From assembly GCA_964035545.1 (NCBI GenBank), contig OZ037772.1, positions 11,778,818 through 11,842,817 of the forward strand: a stretch of DNA of 64,000 nucleotides, given 5' to 3'. Every line of letters starts with the position of its first letter. Position 1 is the stretch's first letter. Shown one piece after another: positions 9,735 to 21,934 of the stretch. The notes beneath the pieces are model-generated. The model saw nothing but the letters and a program-made list of their open reading frames with translations. It made no database searches and was not told the DNA's origin. Origin of the DNA: Bugula neritina. Taxonomy: Eukaryota > Animalia > Bryozoa. Both the position numbers and the translations under genes were made by a program.

Positions 9735-12151
9735 TAACAGCAACAGTAACATTATTGATTGAAGCTGTAGTATAAGTTTTTGGTGTACTCACCATCAAAA
9801 GTTAGGGGCGTTGATCTGGCACCCGCTGTCACTGCAGAACCAGGGTACGGCTGAACAAAAGTGGTAATGTTTTGAAATGATTCGTGTATATTAATTAGGA
9901 GTTTAGTGCTAGCTGGCATCCGGGCACACTTTAGCTATAAAAGATAATTGTGACACTATATTGAGCACAACAAAAGTTTATCACAAGTAAACAAAGATTT
10001 ACCAGAAACATTTTTAAGATATAATTTTGGAGCTTGATCGGTGTTATCTTCTCTTGCACTTGAATGCACATTTTAAATTTGAAAAGCGTTGAATCTCTGT
10101 TTTGAATATGTATAAAAAAATTTGATTTAATATGATTTAACTTAAATGTGTCCAGCATGCAATTCTTTTTCAGGTTATTGCAAATTGAAAGTTTTCAGCA
10201 TTTACTATATTAATTGTTTTGTTTTAAATTATTATGTGACAAACTGCTGATGGTTTTTGCTAATAATTATAAAAATAGTTAATATTTATAGATTCAAAAT
10301 AATTACAAAAAGTAAATTGGCTAGCTACAATATCTTTAATTCAAACTTACTGTGTTTTCAAACTCCTGGGGCTTTTCCCCATATTCCCCATCCTCTTCCC
10401 AATTTCTTATTAGAAACAGCAATGAAGTTTTAAATTTTTTCCTTTTGAAATGATAGTGGTTGTATTCTGAGCAGAGCTATAGATCAAATGAGAAAAGGTA
10501 ACATCTGTGTAATTTATGATAAAGTATTATATATAAAAGGCTTAATCAAATGATAGTAGACAACTTCCAATTGAATTTTACAATCATGGTTGCTGAATCT
10601 TTGAAACATTTTAATTAAGCCTGCTGTTTTATAATAAATTACTCACTTTAAAAATATTTAAGGCAGAGCTATGATGTATATTAGTTTAATTTCAACAGAT
10701 TTTAGCAAATTGCATTGCCTTTAATTGGTTAAATTATAACAGCTATAAAAACAGTTTTTTTTAAATTAGATATTATACTATTATTGGTTTATAGAAATAA
10801 AGTTATATCAGATAAAATTGCTAAATAAAAGAAAAAAATTACCAATTAGCTAGTCACACCAGTGCAACAAATAAAATATAACCCAGTGAGATTCAACTAA
10901 TTCAACTTCAAATAATTTAAAATGATGAATAATTTCTACCATACTAGGCACTAAGCATAATATATACTCACAGATATTCGTTCTAGATCATTCATTTGGG
11001 GTAGTCTGTTGAGGTTTAGGATCTGTAGGCTAGAAAGGTGCAAGGACATGTATAGTATAGCATTCTCTTGCAAGTAGTTATCACCCCTTGCATTCCGATA
11101 CCCTTTACAATCAAGCAGGAATATTGCAATCTATAAGGATGCAAAGCAAACACTGGTTAGGTTATGTCTGTGGAGCAAATAGTGTTAGTAACTGCAGCTG
11201 ATAAGAGCAAATGAGGCCCGTAAAGATATATATAGGTGTATGTAGTAAAACTACTTGAAAGGTTAGCCTGCAAAATTAACAATGTACGATAAGAGTTGGC
11301 CTTCGTATAAATAGATTAACAAAGTGCATGATAGTTCAGCAAGAGCAACTTGGTTTTGAATTTGAACTAATCTCTGACCAACATTTTGGATGCTTAAGTG
11401 GAGTACAATACAATTTGCAGCTTGCATATAAAATGTGAATTGTAAGCTTAAATAAACAATATTCAGTATATAATGCATAGATTTACAATCTTTTTAAACT
11501 GCGCAAAAAAACTTGCTGAAATTGTGACAGTTTTATTTCTATTCACCCCATTAAATTGAAGCGGTTGATCCCAGATCCAAATACCATGTAGTTGAGTTTC
11601 CTCCTTCTGCGATTCTACTTCTTCTACGGGCAGGTCAAACAGGTCCTCCCACCCGATGTCTGTCTCTACCTGCAGAACTATGGCTATCTAAGTAAACATA
11701 GCTTCTGTTTAATTAACTACATTAAGTACTACTACTATATTTTATCAAAGCAAGCCAACCTTGTCTACAGCCCTTCCAACAGCTGACAAAGGAAACCAAG
11801 AAAACAGTAATTGATGTATTAACATTTTTCCTCTGTGTCATTGTTACCTAAAATCTTTGAACAGCTATATTGATTGAATTTAAGTAAGAAAATAAGTTAC
11901 GTAACCAGTTTCTTTATACCCACCTGACTGTAATACTGACTGTAAATATTCATCAGCTGAAGTAGAAAAGTTTTGCCAGAGTTCTGTGCACCAGCAATAG
12001 AAATAAGAAAGACGGGTTGTTCAGGCACCGTTCCTTTAGAGAGGACTTCTTCCAGTGAAGACCATAAAAACTTTGGTGCTGGAGAGATTTCATCTTTTGG
12101 TATCTCAACTATTAATACTGGTTTCCCTTTTCTGCACCACGTATAGTTGTT
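2635..12151 (-). CDS. GBP/atlastin-family (GB1/RHD3-type) large GTPase-like protein with C-terminal coiled coil; >=9 exons, >=536 aa, first exon unresolved
   Basis: In-frame GT-AG exons 12151-11924, 11669-11547, 11130-10972, 10476-10351, 9934-9793, 9350-9232, 8900-8766, 3727-3600, 3085-2635. Motifs in atlastin/GBP order: LISIAGAQNSGKTFLL (G1), HGIWIWDQP, IFLLDCKG (G3), SSLQILNL, LLFLIRNW (G4), IHESFQNITTFVQPYPG, DIDDTF; E/K/Q/R-rich tail, no TM hairpin. Possible start exon near 12486 (MTYKETVFK). Confidence 0.8.
3831..4025 (+). repeat. 5' LTR
   Basis: TGTTGTATCC...ACATTGTTACA, identical to 8451-8645; contains AATAAA (~3982). Confidence 0.97.
4027..4036 (+). promoter_or_regulatory. Primer-binding site TGGCGACGAG (tRNA-Ser(GCU)-complementary)
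   Basis: 1 nt after the 5' LTR; complementary to ...CUCGUCGCCA, the 3' end of eukaryotic tRNA-Ser(GCU). Confidence 0.85.
4093..7986 (+). CDS. Gag-Pol polyprotein (1297 aa from first ATG)
   Basis: Two zinc knuckles (CFRCKSTRH..C, CRSCGKKGH..C), protease VLIDSGAS, RT (LCVDMR, DLKLGYHQL, YADD), RNase H (VDAS, YSQTEREALA, TDHKPL), integrase HHCC and DDE (DLLGP, TDNGPQF, GEVER). The ORF track start at 3967 is a non-ATG codon in the LTR. Confidence 0.96.
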   Translation: MAVSLDTSTSNVRTFSVSTDPLTVGSRWKKWKRAFEYFVVGRGVTNAAQKKALLLNMAGEEVQDIFEVLPAGEGANEYARAMAALDTHFTPKTNIPYERSVFRRTELTSGETITNYITRLRQLAITCEYDDVNNVIRDQVIEKCKSSHLRRKLLERGSELTLAHVISISQTEEAVSMQSADIHSSGAAVNNVRNGRSKPHKKDTHYTSKEKSCFRCKSTRHVASSKECPARTKMCRSCGKKGHFAGAKFCRGAKGQINSMDNSAKKYTADTEDDIEALFTVSDNTGGEMFNINAARSAKLSVQVNNTNLSVLIDSGASSNLLDRNTAKLVGCVVKPTTKQLFAYGNKSACLDLIGETDVNVFVPSTGKCVHAKFYIFNGTATTLLCKSTSEQLGVLRVGPVGEGVHFASSDLASGDGQSWLDMFPECFAGVGLLKDLQVSLHIDPNVKPVAQPVRRMPFGHRNKAKAKIDELLAADIIERVEGPTPWVSPIVTVPKDGNDIRLCVDMRQANKAIIRERHPIPTVKELMYNLNGAKVFSKADLKLGYHQLELDEASRAITTFATPFGVFRYKKLNFGVASASEVYQYHIQRSIADLEGCQNYADDIVIYGSNKQEHDARLRAFLKRMSKLGLTLNAEKCKFGCSKITYVGYDISDKGISVSDKKVKAIVQARVPKDVTELRSFLGLVNFVGKFIPNLSTHAEPLLRLVKKASKFQWSSEQQAAFDKIKSMMAQSKTLAYFNPNAETTVTVDASPYGLGAVLSQRVGGCERVVAYGHRSLSAVERRYSQTEREALAIVWGCEHFAIYLIGTKFRLVTDHKPLEFIFNRVNSKPSARIERWVLRLQAFDYEVVYKPGSMNIADPLSRLSVDEHTPYNVNNVADEYVMMIAKLSVPKAMSFNEIKKAAAKCLEMGQVRKSLISGLWSNCLPAYKAVMTELAEVEGVVMRGNRIVMPVSLRSVAVELAHEGHQGTSKTKQLLRTKLWWPGMDQDVERFCKGCYECQLVSAPSRPPPMSSTKMPDKPWEHIACDLLGPLPNGESILVVVDYYSRYFEVAFLRSTVATKIVEAIEAMFCRWGVPSSIRTDNGPQFVSQSFQEFLNEYGVFWMSTTPMWPAANGEVERQNRSLLKALKIAHISGKDHKAELRKFLLSYRSTPHSVTGVSPAELMLGRKLQTKLPCLEKSNRLDEEVRDRQAVAQEKSKSYLSNQAHMPDVSVGDEVLIRQNKTDKLSATYDPESQQVVSKQGSEVVVQSKEGVEKRRNVSDVKPLTPTSSQAIAVTDRPLRNRKPPDRYGVTVTH
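8437..8449 (+). promoter_or_regulatory. Polypurine tract
   Basis: AAGAAAGAAAGGG just before the 3' LTR. Confidence 0.85.
8451..8645 (+). repeat. 3' LTR
   Basis: Identical to 3831-4025; followed by TSD GATGC. Confidence 0.97.
9601..9751. repeat. Compound hexanucleotide microsatellite (ACAGTA)n/(ACAGCA)n
   Basis: About 25 units in an intron of the GTPase gene; source of the spurious poly-L and poly-VA ORFs. Confidence 0.95.
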
Positions 12152-13992
12152 CTGCAAATGTACCCAATTAGAGATTCAATTTATAGCTATATTGACACAA
12201 CTATTAGTATAACTGAGCTAGTGACAGATGATATTTAGCCTATTATAAACATTTATAAAGCTTTTGTGACACCGTTATAAACTATAACAACTGATAATAG
12301 TGAATTGGGCTATATATTTGCAGCATATAAAGAATTTCAAACTATTACAATTGCTAAAACTTCACTTGTAAATATGTATAATCTTTCATGCTGAGTTATA
12401 TGACATGTAACAAGCACTCCGACACATCTGTATAATATATTTGCCTTGAAAGGTGGTGATTTAAACACTGTTTCTTTATAAGTCATGACTTGCTGATTGC
12501 TTTAAAGTATATATTAGGTTATGATAAAAACTTGGTCTGTGCTTTAGGCTTTTTGAAGTCAATTTTGAAAATTTACTCAATCAGAATGAATATAGACCTG
12601 TTTGGTCACACCTCTTGAATATGTGGCATTTCATTGCATTCAGTTTCTTGATAAAAGCAGGCAAAAATATTTCAGGTAAAAGTTGATTTCTTTTCCATTA
12701 CTGGTTTATAGGCATAAAGTTTCATCAGGTTGTAAAAAATTACATTATTTAAAGTCATAATATAGAATATGTACAGTAAAATTTGAAAAATTTAATGGTT
12801 TTAAATAATGCCCAATTCAAACTACTGGTTACAGCATTTATGTAATAATTAAGGTATTCAGCTAAATTCAAATTGATTTTTAATTCAAGTCACTTAAAAT
12901 ATCAAGGTACTAGAAGTATGTACTATCATTATTACAACCAACTATACAATTCAATACGTTAGTATGATCTAATTGCATGCTCAACTGGCAGTGAAACAGG
13001 CTGTATAAATTGAGTGTGTATAACCATAATTACACTGACCTCGTAGTTTTCAACTTCTTTACTGCTCATTCTGATTTGTAATTGACTCTTAGAGAGAAAA
13101 ATAATGTCCTCTCTAAAAGTTAAACAGCATGACAAGTGTGACTTTACACAACTACTTACTGTTAATTTACAGCACTACCTTCAGGAATGTTGATGTTTAT
13201 AGTACGTGATGCCTACTTTGAACTAGCAGTATCCTTAAGTTTTCAACTATCTCTTAAGATAAACTGTATAGCTTATCAATGCCAGCTGCAGTTCAACCGA
13301 ATCATGTCTGTAGAGGTAGAACAACTTCAACATGTATCGCACTATAAACGCTAACACCCAAAGCATTTATTGTAAAGAGTTTTTTGGCAAATTTAATTAA
13401 TAAGTTAAAAAATGACACATCTGTTTCTAAAGAAACTATTTCAATAAAAAATGTTTCTATAATTATTTTTGAATACCCATCTACACTATTCAATATGGTA
13501 AAGCTGTGAATAAATATCTCTAAGCTTGTTCCACTATTGAAATAATTATTATATATTTCCAAAGGTTTAGTTATTTCAGTAAATGATGAAATATATTATT
13601 ATTTTAATAATCAGTTGCTTTACATCACAAAATATTATGTTTCATGCTGTTTGATGAAGAATCAGTTCTTAGTTATAGCAGCAATGAAAAGACAATGGAA
13701 AAACTTCGAAAGTATTTGCAAGTATAGAGTGAAAATGAATTATGGGTAATCTGCCAGCAGGAAGTGACTGTAAATTTGTAAACATATATGTCAAATATAT
13801 TCTTAATAGAAAAGTTAGTGCGTATATATAGGCAAACATCTGGTAAATACAATATAAGTGGTAAAAGCTGGAATAACACTACATGCTTATATCTACTAAT
13901 TGCTTTTGCTTAAATAAAAGGTTTCTAAACATGAAATAAGTTACTCGCATGTGCTTAAAAATGTCAAGTGTTGTAAGTCTCTAAAAATATGT

Positions 13993-16875
13993 TCAACATT
14001 CGTCAGATGATTCATCATCTGGATTGTTCCGGTTGGCTATAAATACATGGAGGTACTGGTCCAGGAAGTAATTGTGTGTGAGTTCGTTTACAGGATAACG
14101 ACAAAGCTTACAGATGTACATGCCTTGCGTATGAATGGCTGTCCCAGCCTCGTGACATTTTATACACTTTGCCTTATTGATAGTTTTGTTACAGTCTATA
14201 GCAATTTCATTCACGGGTTTCATCCAATCAAATTTCTTGTGACTGTTGCTAAAATGGGATTCTATTTTGTTCCACATGAACTCATAAAAACCACATATTA
14301 GACATTTGTAAGCCTCACACTTGGTACATTTGCTCATGTACTGGTGCACTTTGTAGGCATCCTTTGCAGTTCCTGGGCAGTCCACATGACAAGGAAATAT
14401 TTTGATGTCATCTTCCAGTTTTGGAGCTTTACAGGGAAAATCTGCGGGTCGGTTTGTAAACTCGGTGGTCACCGCCAAGTTGGGATTTTTGTGACCAGTT
14501 CGTTCTAGATGTCTGGCATATGAGTACTCTTTGAAGAAGTCTTCCCCACATCTGAGACACTGGTACCTCTTGCAGTTCGGGCAGTAGCTACCCTTCCCGT
14601 CCGTATTCTCTAAGTAGTACAGGCTATTCTTAGCACCACAGAAGCATCCAACGAATGGAAGAATTTCAGAAGTTGACAATTTGCTTGGAAGGGTTTTGTG
14701 TTCTTTACTTAAAAATTTGCTCTAAAAAATGTGAAATATAAATGCGTAGATTGTTGCACAAAGTTGATTCTTTTTAGAATCCTGTGAGAGGTAGTGAGAT
14801 AATTGACATAGACATGTTGAAATGCTCATGTTTATTGCACCATGTTACTATGTGGCATTTCTCTATTTAGCACATCATTATATAAAAACAAAGCTTTCAA
14901 CATTATGATAATGATCTGGTTGATCTTTAAATTGTACAAGAATCATGACAAAGTTATGACACTAACACTGTATACATTAAGGCTAAGTTCACTAAAAAGG
15001 ACTAAATATCTTTATTAAATATTGAGTTCCACAAATATTGAAACAAAGAACTGTGCCCGCAATATTATTTGAGAGCTGTCTAGCAAATTGATAAGTGAAA
15101 CATATATGAAGTACCCATCTATCATTAGTCTGCATAATGTCAGCCATTTCATCCAGAAACTTAAACGTCCAGTTTATTATTCCTTTGAGCCGTGTTATCT
15201 CACCATATCTCACAATCTCTATCAGCAGGGGCCGTATTGTATGGAACATCTACAGCAAGGTGCAGAGTATGTGCTGGTATAAACTTTGTTATGTAGTATT
15301 AACTTAGGATAGCTTTTTGAATTTTAAGGTAACTCTAACATTTACGCCAGCTAATTAGGGAAACAAATATAATTAAATTAACATATTTTGTTACTGTAAA
15401 CACATTCACACTTGCACGACAGTGGATGTTAATTATTAAACAAAACATTTATTTATATTATGTTATTACAAAGCTATATAATTAGTGAGGCGGATGCATG
15501 GAAAGCCAGCAATAATTAGCAACATTATTACATGATGCTATAATGAGATTTAAATGGCTATTACATTGCAAAGATGTGGCCATATGAACATTCTCATAGG
15601 CCGTGGTGGGTTACCCTCCTTGGGGACTGGTACTGACTCTAAGCGCTTGATGACCTCGGCAACTGTCAGGGCTATTGAGTTGGTGATAATGTAACATGGT
15701 ACAAATGGGGCTGCAATAAACAGCATGTTGTATATAATGTTTCATAACATTTGTGTGAGAAGATTATCTTAACATTGCATAGAATAAAACAATAACAGCT
15801 CACTAGTTAAAATACTAGGTATTGCTCATACTACTAGCTGTTTATTTATTTTACTAGGGGTCAGTTTATTTGACTAGGTATTGTAGCTCACACTAGAAAG
15901 TATCAGCCCATACCACTATAGTTGTCAGCTAGTATTTCTATTAAAATATGACATTGTCTTTTTTAAACCTTCATCTTATACCTTCCACCTTGATATAAAT
16001 AGAACCTTGTAAACTTATAAGTATAATAATAGTTCTAGCTGCACAGTACCGACCTATCTTCTCAACTGCGTTGGCGTGTGGCAAAAACAGGGGTGTAAAC
16101 ATGACCTCATTCTCTCCGAGAACTTTAACTATGCTGGCCAATGGCAGGTTGCTGTTGGGAAAATTGATGGTCGTTTCTTCTATTCTGGAAAATGACAAAA
16201 GAATTGAAAGGAGATAACTCCCCAATATCGCAGAGCTGGTGCTGCTGTAAACCTATGTGATATCCTGCTGTCGATTTAACAGATTACTGAATATTGTTAC
16301 AGCTAGCTCATGCTGCACTCACGTAGTATAACTAAAAACTTGTTGAACTATAAATATTTGTTCACCTAGTATCCACACAATACTTGTTCATGTTTTGGCA
16401 ACAATTTGCATGTTAAACCTGCATGGGTGTTCTTATACCTATATCTACATCTAAACTAAACCAGACTTATAACACTCACTATAGTCATAAACACAATTAT
16501 ACTCAACCTATATGTACTCAATATAATTGTACTTGTCTTATATGCGCTAGCTCTCACTCTACACAAACTCAACCTACTTTCACCTATATAATAGAAATAA
16601 TCAGCTAAAAATATAAACCTACCTTGACCTACATTTACTAGACTTACATTATATTATACTCATTATACACATACTACTGTTAAACATAATCAACCTACAC
16701 AAACTCAACATACGTGTAACTAGCTTGTATGTATTTAATCTTGGCTTACATTTACTCAGCTGACAAGTGTATTTACTCTCAACTTACACTTAATCAACTC
16801 TACTTACTTGTTCAGTACAAATGCCACAAATATCTCTTTATTGGTTGCTGGTGGGTTGTTTCTTTTGGGAGGCAT
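13993..16875 (-). CDS. Zinc-finger gene A: unassigned N-terminal domain + Cys/His-rich ribbon-C2H2 domain (402 aa, 5 exons)
   Basis: Exons 16875-16808, 16184-16054, 15710-15565, 15249-15115, 14721-13993 splice in frame (1209 nt); starts MPPKRNNPPATNKEIFVAFVLNK; exon sizes and phases shared with paralogs at 18140 and 46321. Confidence 0.85.
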
Positions 16876-18139
16876 GATTTTTGTTGGTTGTAATTTGCTA
16901 TTTTTAGTTTACCAGAAACTAGTAATTATATAGCTTTTTGCTCATAGTTTTGAGTTCAGATTGTTTTAAATCAACAATAGTCATAATTATACTATTTCAA
17001 AAATGAATTGTTGCACACTGCAAAATCCACACCAACACTTCTGCTAATAAAACATAAAATAGTTTTAGAATATATAATTGTAATTATATCCCAAAGCTAT
17101 TGTTGGGCAGCAAAGTTATAGATCGAATTTATTGCTAACTTTAAGACTCTTATTGTTTTTACTAACAATTCCTTGTGGGGCAGAATATTGTGCACTCAGT
17201 TGTTATTCAATTTACTTTAAATATCTAAAGTTAATATAAAGAAAATAATAAACTAATATTTCAGTAAAATAAGTTTAAAATGGGCCTTGATGTATATGTA
17301 CAAGTATATTGCATATATTCTCTTTATTCAAATTACAGTACTATTTGAGACTTCTCAAAGTGCGTTAAAAAGGTTTTGTAGTCTTATTAGTTGTTTATAG
17401 CAGAACGGGCTTTGTTTCTTGTAATTCAAGAAATTTTAGGATGTGAATTAGGCCAGTCTTGAAAGCAATCTTAAAATTTATAGCAGCATACAAGCAAATC
17501 ATATCTAAGCAGTGAAGGTCAAAGTTCAAACATTGTATCATGTACATTATAGTGAGCATTTGTTTGGTTCGTGAATAGCTGGGTGGCTGGTAAATGACAG
17601 ATATAGCTGAAGATTGCAAGCCAGATATTAAATGAGTATATTCATCTATAATATCTGGCTTGGGATCTTACACATGGGTATGTCTTTATGTAGCTTCTTT
17701 TTACCATAATAACTACTCTCCTAACTAATAGTTTTAATTTGTATAAAATTTAAACAGGTTCAACTTGAAAAAATATGTTTTTGTCATAAAATAGCTATAC
17801 TACATATTTTAAACAATATCAACTATAAAATAAAATTCACTTTTATAAAAAAATTCGTTTTTATAAAATGAAAGTTATTTTTATACAATAAAATTATATT
17901 TTATATGAAATACTATAAATTATTCTATATAGCCTATTAGACCTAAATAAATGAAAATGGCCAGCATTGTTGCATTGCTCAAACGTAGATCTCTATAACA
18001 ATCACTACTTTGAGTGAGGTAATAGTTGGAAATGTTTTACAGGGGACTTAGTTTATAAATAAATCATCACCGAGTCATCGTTAAGCTTTTTTATAGTTTC
18101 AAAACTAAGGATATTTTTGTGAAATTAGAAGCAGCTAAA

Positions 18140-19558
18140 ATGGAAATGACATTGGTTCCTGCAGACAATGAAGAAGAATTGGGGTTCTCCTACCCGCCCC
18201 CAACCAACAGAGAAGTATTTGTAGCCTTTGTTCTAACAAAGTAAGATAATAATTATGGCTGATTTACAATAGGTTGACAGGGTTACAAAGTACAGTTTCA
18301 TTACATTGGAGGCCATCTTTGACATTATAAGCTTTATGCAATCTGTGCTAAAATATTTTATAGAATGAGCTCTATATGTTATAATTAACATACTGTAGAC
18401 AGTATTAATTGACTCTGCTGCAATTGAAATAAATTACCTACATTATTTAGGACAAACTCTGTGTTAGTGAAATATATAGAAAAAGTTTAGAGCCTAAAAG
18501 TAAATGATTGTGTTTTGTAGACTTGAACAAACAGCAATAGACTTTCCAAACAGTAATCTAACTTTTGATGAAATTGTCAGCCTTTTCGATAAAAATGAAG
18601 TGGAGTTTTCTCCCCTGTTCCTAGAATATGCTATTGCTATTGAGACAGGTGATGTATAAATCTTAAATTAATATTAGATTTTATTTAGATATAATTAAAT
18701 AATTTTAAAGATTTATTAAAACATTTTATTGGTTTTAACAGATTAACTAGCTTTAATGTGGTATCATGAATACAAAACAAATTTTCCCATTATAGCGTTT
18801 AGAGAGCCTGTACATTTTATTTTTACAGAGTTAAAGAATTCAAGTTTTACAATTGAAAGTTTTTCTGTTGGCCTGACAATTGAGCAGCTGATAAACCAGC
18901 TTGAGACAAAAGAGTGTGTGAAGCAACTTAATGATGAAGACGTAACGAAGATCTCCTGGACTGATATTTGTGAGGTGAGACCATTTATCCATTAACCAAT
19001 ACCAGAAAACATTGTCCAAAATTTAAACCATACATTAATTACTATAGTAGGTAGTTCAAATCTTGCTAAAATTTTAATTTAATTTTATATGGCTTATATA
19101 TTTACATTAAAATTCAAAAATTGATATTTTTGTGCTTAAATTATTAAATAGGTAATTTAATGCATTTTTTCCAGCAAAATTATTACATTTTTTTCAGGAC
19201 ATTGTTTTAGCATTAAAGGTTGTCTTCTCATAAATTAATTTGAAAGTTTATCAAATTGCTAGTTTAGCTTAACAGAATGTAAAATTGCAATATTAACTTT
19301 TAGTTCAAACATATATATAAACTAAACTATAAAACCAATTAAATTATACATATATTATGTGCCATAAATTAAACTATGAAATTGATCAGATTAAAGATAC
19401 GTTTCAATGTATACTTGTTCTAGATGTTTCACACAGTGAGACAAGTGCTGATTGATACAGTGAAGTACTTTGAAGTAGCCAGACTCAAGAGAATCTTAGA
19501 CTGGATGTTTGAGCTTCTGGACAGGTTCTCTGCCTTGACATCTCCAGAATTTCATTGG
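18140..19558 (+). CDS. Gene B, exons 1-4 encoding the same unassigned N-terminal domain
   Basis: Exons 18140-18240, 18521-18648, 18829-18974, 19424-19558 in frame (YPPPTNREVFVAFVLTK / FPNSNLTF..VEFSPLF / SWTDICE / MFHTVRQVLIDTVKYFEVARLK). Link to a 3' exon unresolved. Confidence 0.8.
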
Positions 19559-20783
19559 GTGATTTGAGTGACAGGAAACTGCAGGTGCTCTCATATGTGA
19601 TTTGGAGGGAAAATCAATAGAAATACGATAAGCCAAAGTTGCCGATGACTTACCCATGTGACTATTTTTCTGCTAATGTATGGTTTATTGCAAATAATTG
19701 TTTATAACTGCAACAACAGTCTACAGAGTAATAGAAATGTACAGTATTGATGCTTAAGTGTTAGATGTTGCAATGATGTGAATCTATTGCTTCCACTTGT
19801 TCAAATGAGGTGAAGGGTGATGTACCTTTCATTTATTACATTATTATATGTTATTGTATAGCTTATTAATTTTTAATGTTATTAGAAAGAAATCTAGTTG
19901 AACAAAATGCAATTTTTATAAAACTTTGCTACAGTTATACTTGCATCCTTTTCCGCATAATTAGTAATTTCATTTTTCATTTTCATATTGATAGTAAGTA
20001 ATATAATAAACTATAAACCCATCAATGGTCGAAACTTCGATATTCTTTAAGATGGCAGTTACATAAAATTTTTAGCTTTGGCTTTTATGCTTATTTAACA
20101 AAAGCTACAATAGCAGATAGCTTTAAATTTGTCCAAACTAAACTACAATATTACTAATTTTACTAGTTTTACTAGTTTTACGGTGATAATGATTATATTT
20201 GGCTATTCTAAAGAGGGCAGTTACATAAAGCTATATAGCCATCGAGCTTTAGCTGGGCTTTTATGCTTTTGCATTGAATGTTTCAGAAACATAATTATAT
20301 ATATATCTCAGCATTAACTGCAGTTGGAAGTTTCTTTAAGTCGGAAAGAAAATTTATAGAAGATCAGAAACAAAGTTAAAGGAAGTAGGCTAGTATTATT
20401 ACTATCTGATCATGCTTTTAGCATGACACTTAATTTGTAGCTTTTATCTAATTAACATTTTAGTAGCTCCAAATTCTCTCTAAAATTTGATATAATATTT
20501 TATTGATCGGTTTAGCTGGAGCCTAGTTTTATTTGCCATTGTCTAGCTGCTTCTACTCCAGTCCACAATATTTGTTTTAATTTTGTTTATATCAGCTAAT
20601 AATAGGCACTGTAACTCAGAGTTTCTTACACACAATGCAATTGTCAGATTATCAAAAGTTGGCCAACAATAAATAAGATGGTTGGGTTTTAAAAAACAAT
20701 TGTTCTCTAGAAAATTTATTTTAAATTTTATTTAAAAATTTCTTTAAATTGCAAAATTAGTTGATGTTTAAATGCTTATACAG

Positions 20784-21136
20784 GAATTGCCTCCGAACCA
20801 ATAAGAAGTTCTGTAATAAAGTTGCTTTATTTTCCAGAGCTGATGAGTGCAGACGACAATAAGGTCAAGAAGGTCTTTATCTGCCCTCCTTGCGAGTACG
20901 AGACCAGCAATGAGGCTAACTTCCTAGAGCATTTCCGAGGCCATTGTATCGACCAGTTCCACAGGTGCGGTGTGTGCGGGGAGATCTCCACCTGTTTCCG
21001 AATCATGCTAAAGCATAAAAGGGAGCACATGGGGATGAAGTTTCTAAGATGTGGTCGCTGTGATGCCAACTTTCTAGACCTCCTAGAGTTCAAAGGTCAC
21101 CTGTTGAGATGCAAGAAGCTCAAACACGCTGCTTGA
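20784..21136 (+). CDS. Classical C2H2 zinc-finger exon/ORF (2x C2H2 + C2HC), probable last exon of gene B
   Basis: CPPC..F..H...H, CGVC..H...H, CGRC..F..H...C; acceptors at 20783 and 20837, ATG at 20843; AATAAA ~21252. Both acceptors need phase 1 but exon 4 of gene B ends in phase 0. Confidence 0.7.
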
Positions 21137-21934
21137 GACCTGGCATGTCAGATTTTATTGTCTACTTAAATAACATTTGCAGTAGAAAATAATTTTAGTA
21201 ATATTCCTTTTGTATTTTATGCACTAGCTGTAAATTGCTTATATATCATAAAATAAAGTTCCATTGAAATTTTACATACAAGCTGATTTGTTTCATGTGA
21301 AGCATAACGGCAAGTACAATTGCACTAGAGAGGAATTAAATGATTGATTAAGACCAACAATATATGCTTTCAGTTTAATAAACTTAAGCAAAAAATGTTG
21401 GTTAAATTGATACTGCAAATGATTAAAAAAAAAAAAAAATTCATGCATCCACAACTAACGTGGAATCATTACAATAGTTTGCTTATAAATACCAGTGTGA
21501 TTAATAGCAGCAGAATGAAAATAAACTAAATCAACTATTATAAGAATATTATCAACATACTATGACAGAAGTTGTTTGCTCTTTTTGTGGCATGAATAAT
21601 GGAAGCTGCTGTAAGCAGCTCTGGTTTGAAGATTTATGAGTTCAGAGGTGAAATTTAGGCAAGAAATTTGAACCCTCAACTCTAAACTCATGTCCCCCAA
21701 ATTACTACACTCACTCACCTTCAACTACGAGCAGCCTATGCATGGGTTTTTATTTAATTTTATTTAGGCTTAGATAAAATTCAATTGCATTGTAATTTAA
21801 AAAAAAAGAGTTATAATTCAATGTTGCAGCCAAAATAAAATATTGTATATAAACAATCTGGTTAGTAAGAATGCAGCAGAACTAAAATGCAATATATAAA
21901 ATTGTTACACTGTAAGTTGCACTAAAATCACATA

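Noticed and set aside
9541-9798. Poly-Leu and poly-Val/Ala ORFs
   Set aside because: Translations of an intronic hexamer microsatellite.
11760-11783. Micro-exon in the GTPase gene
   Set aside because: 23 nt would break the frame; flanking exons join in phase 0 without it.
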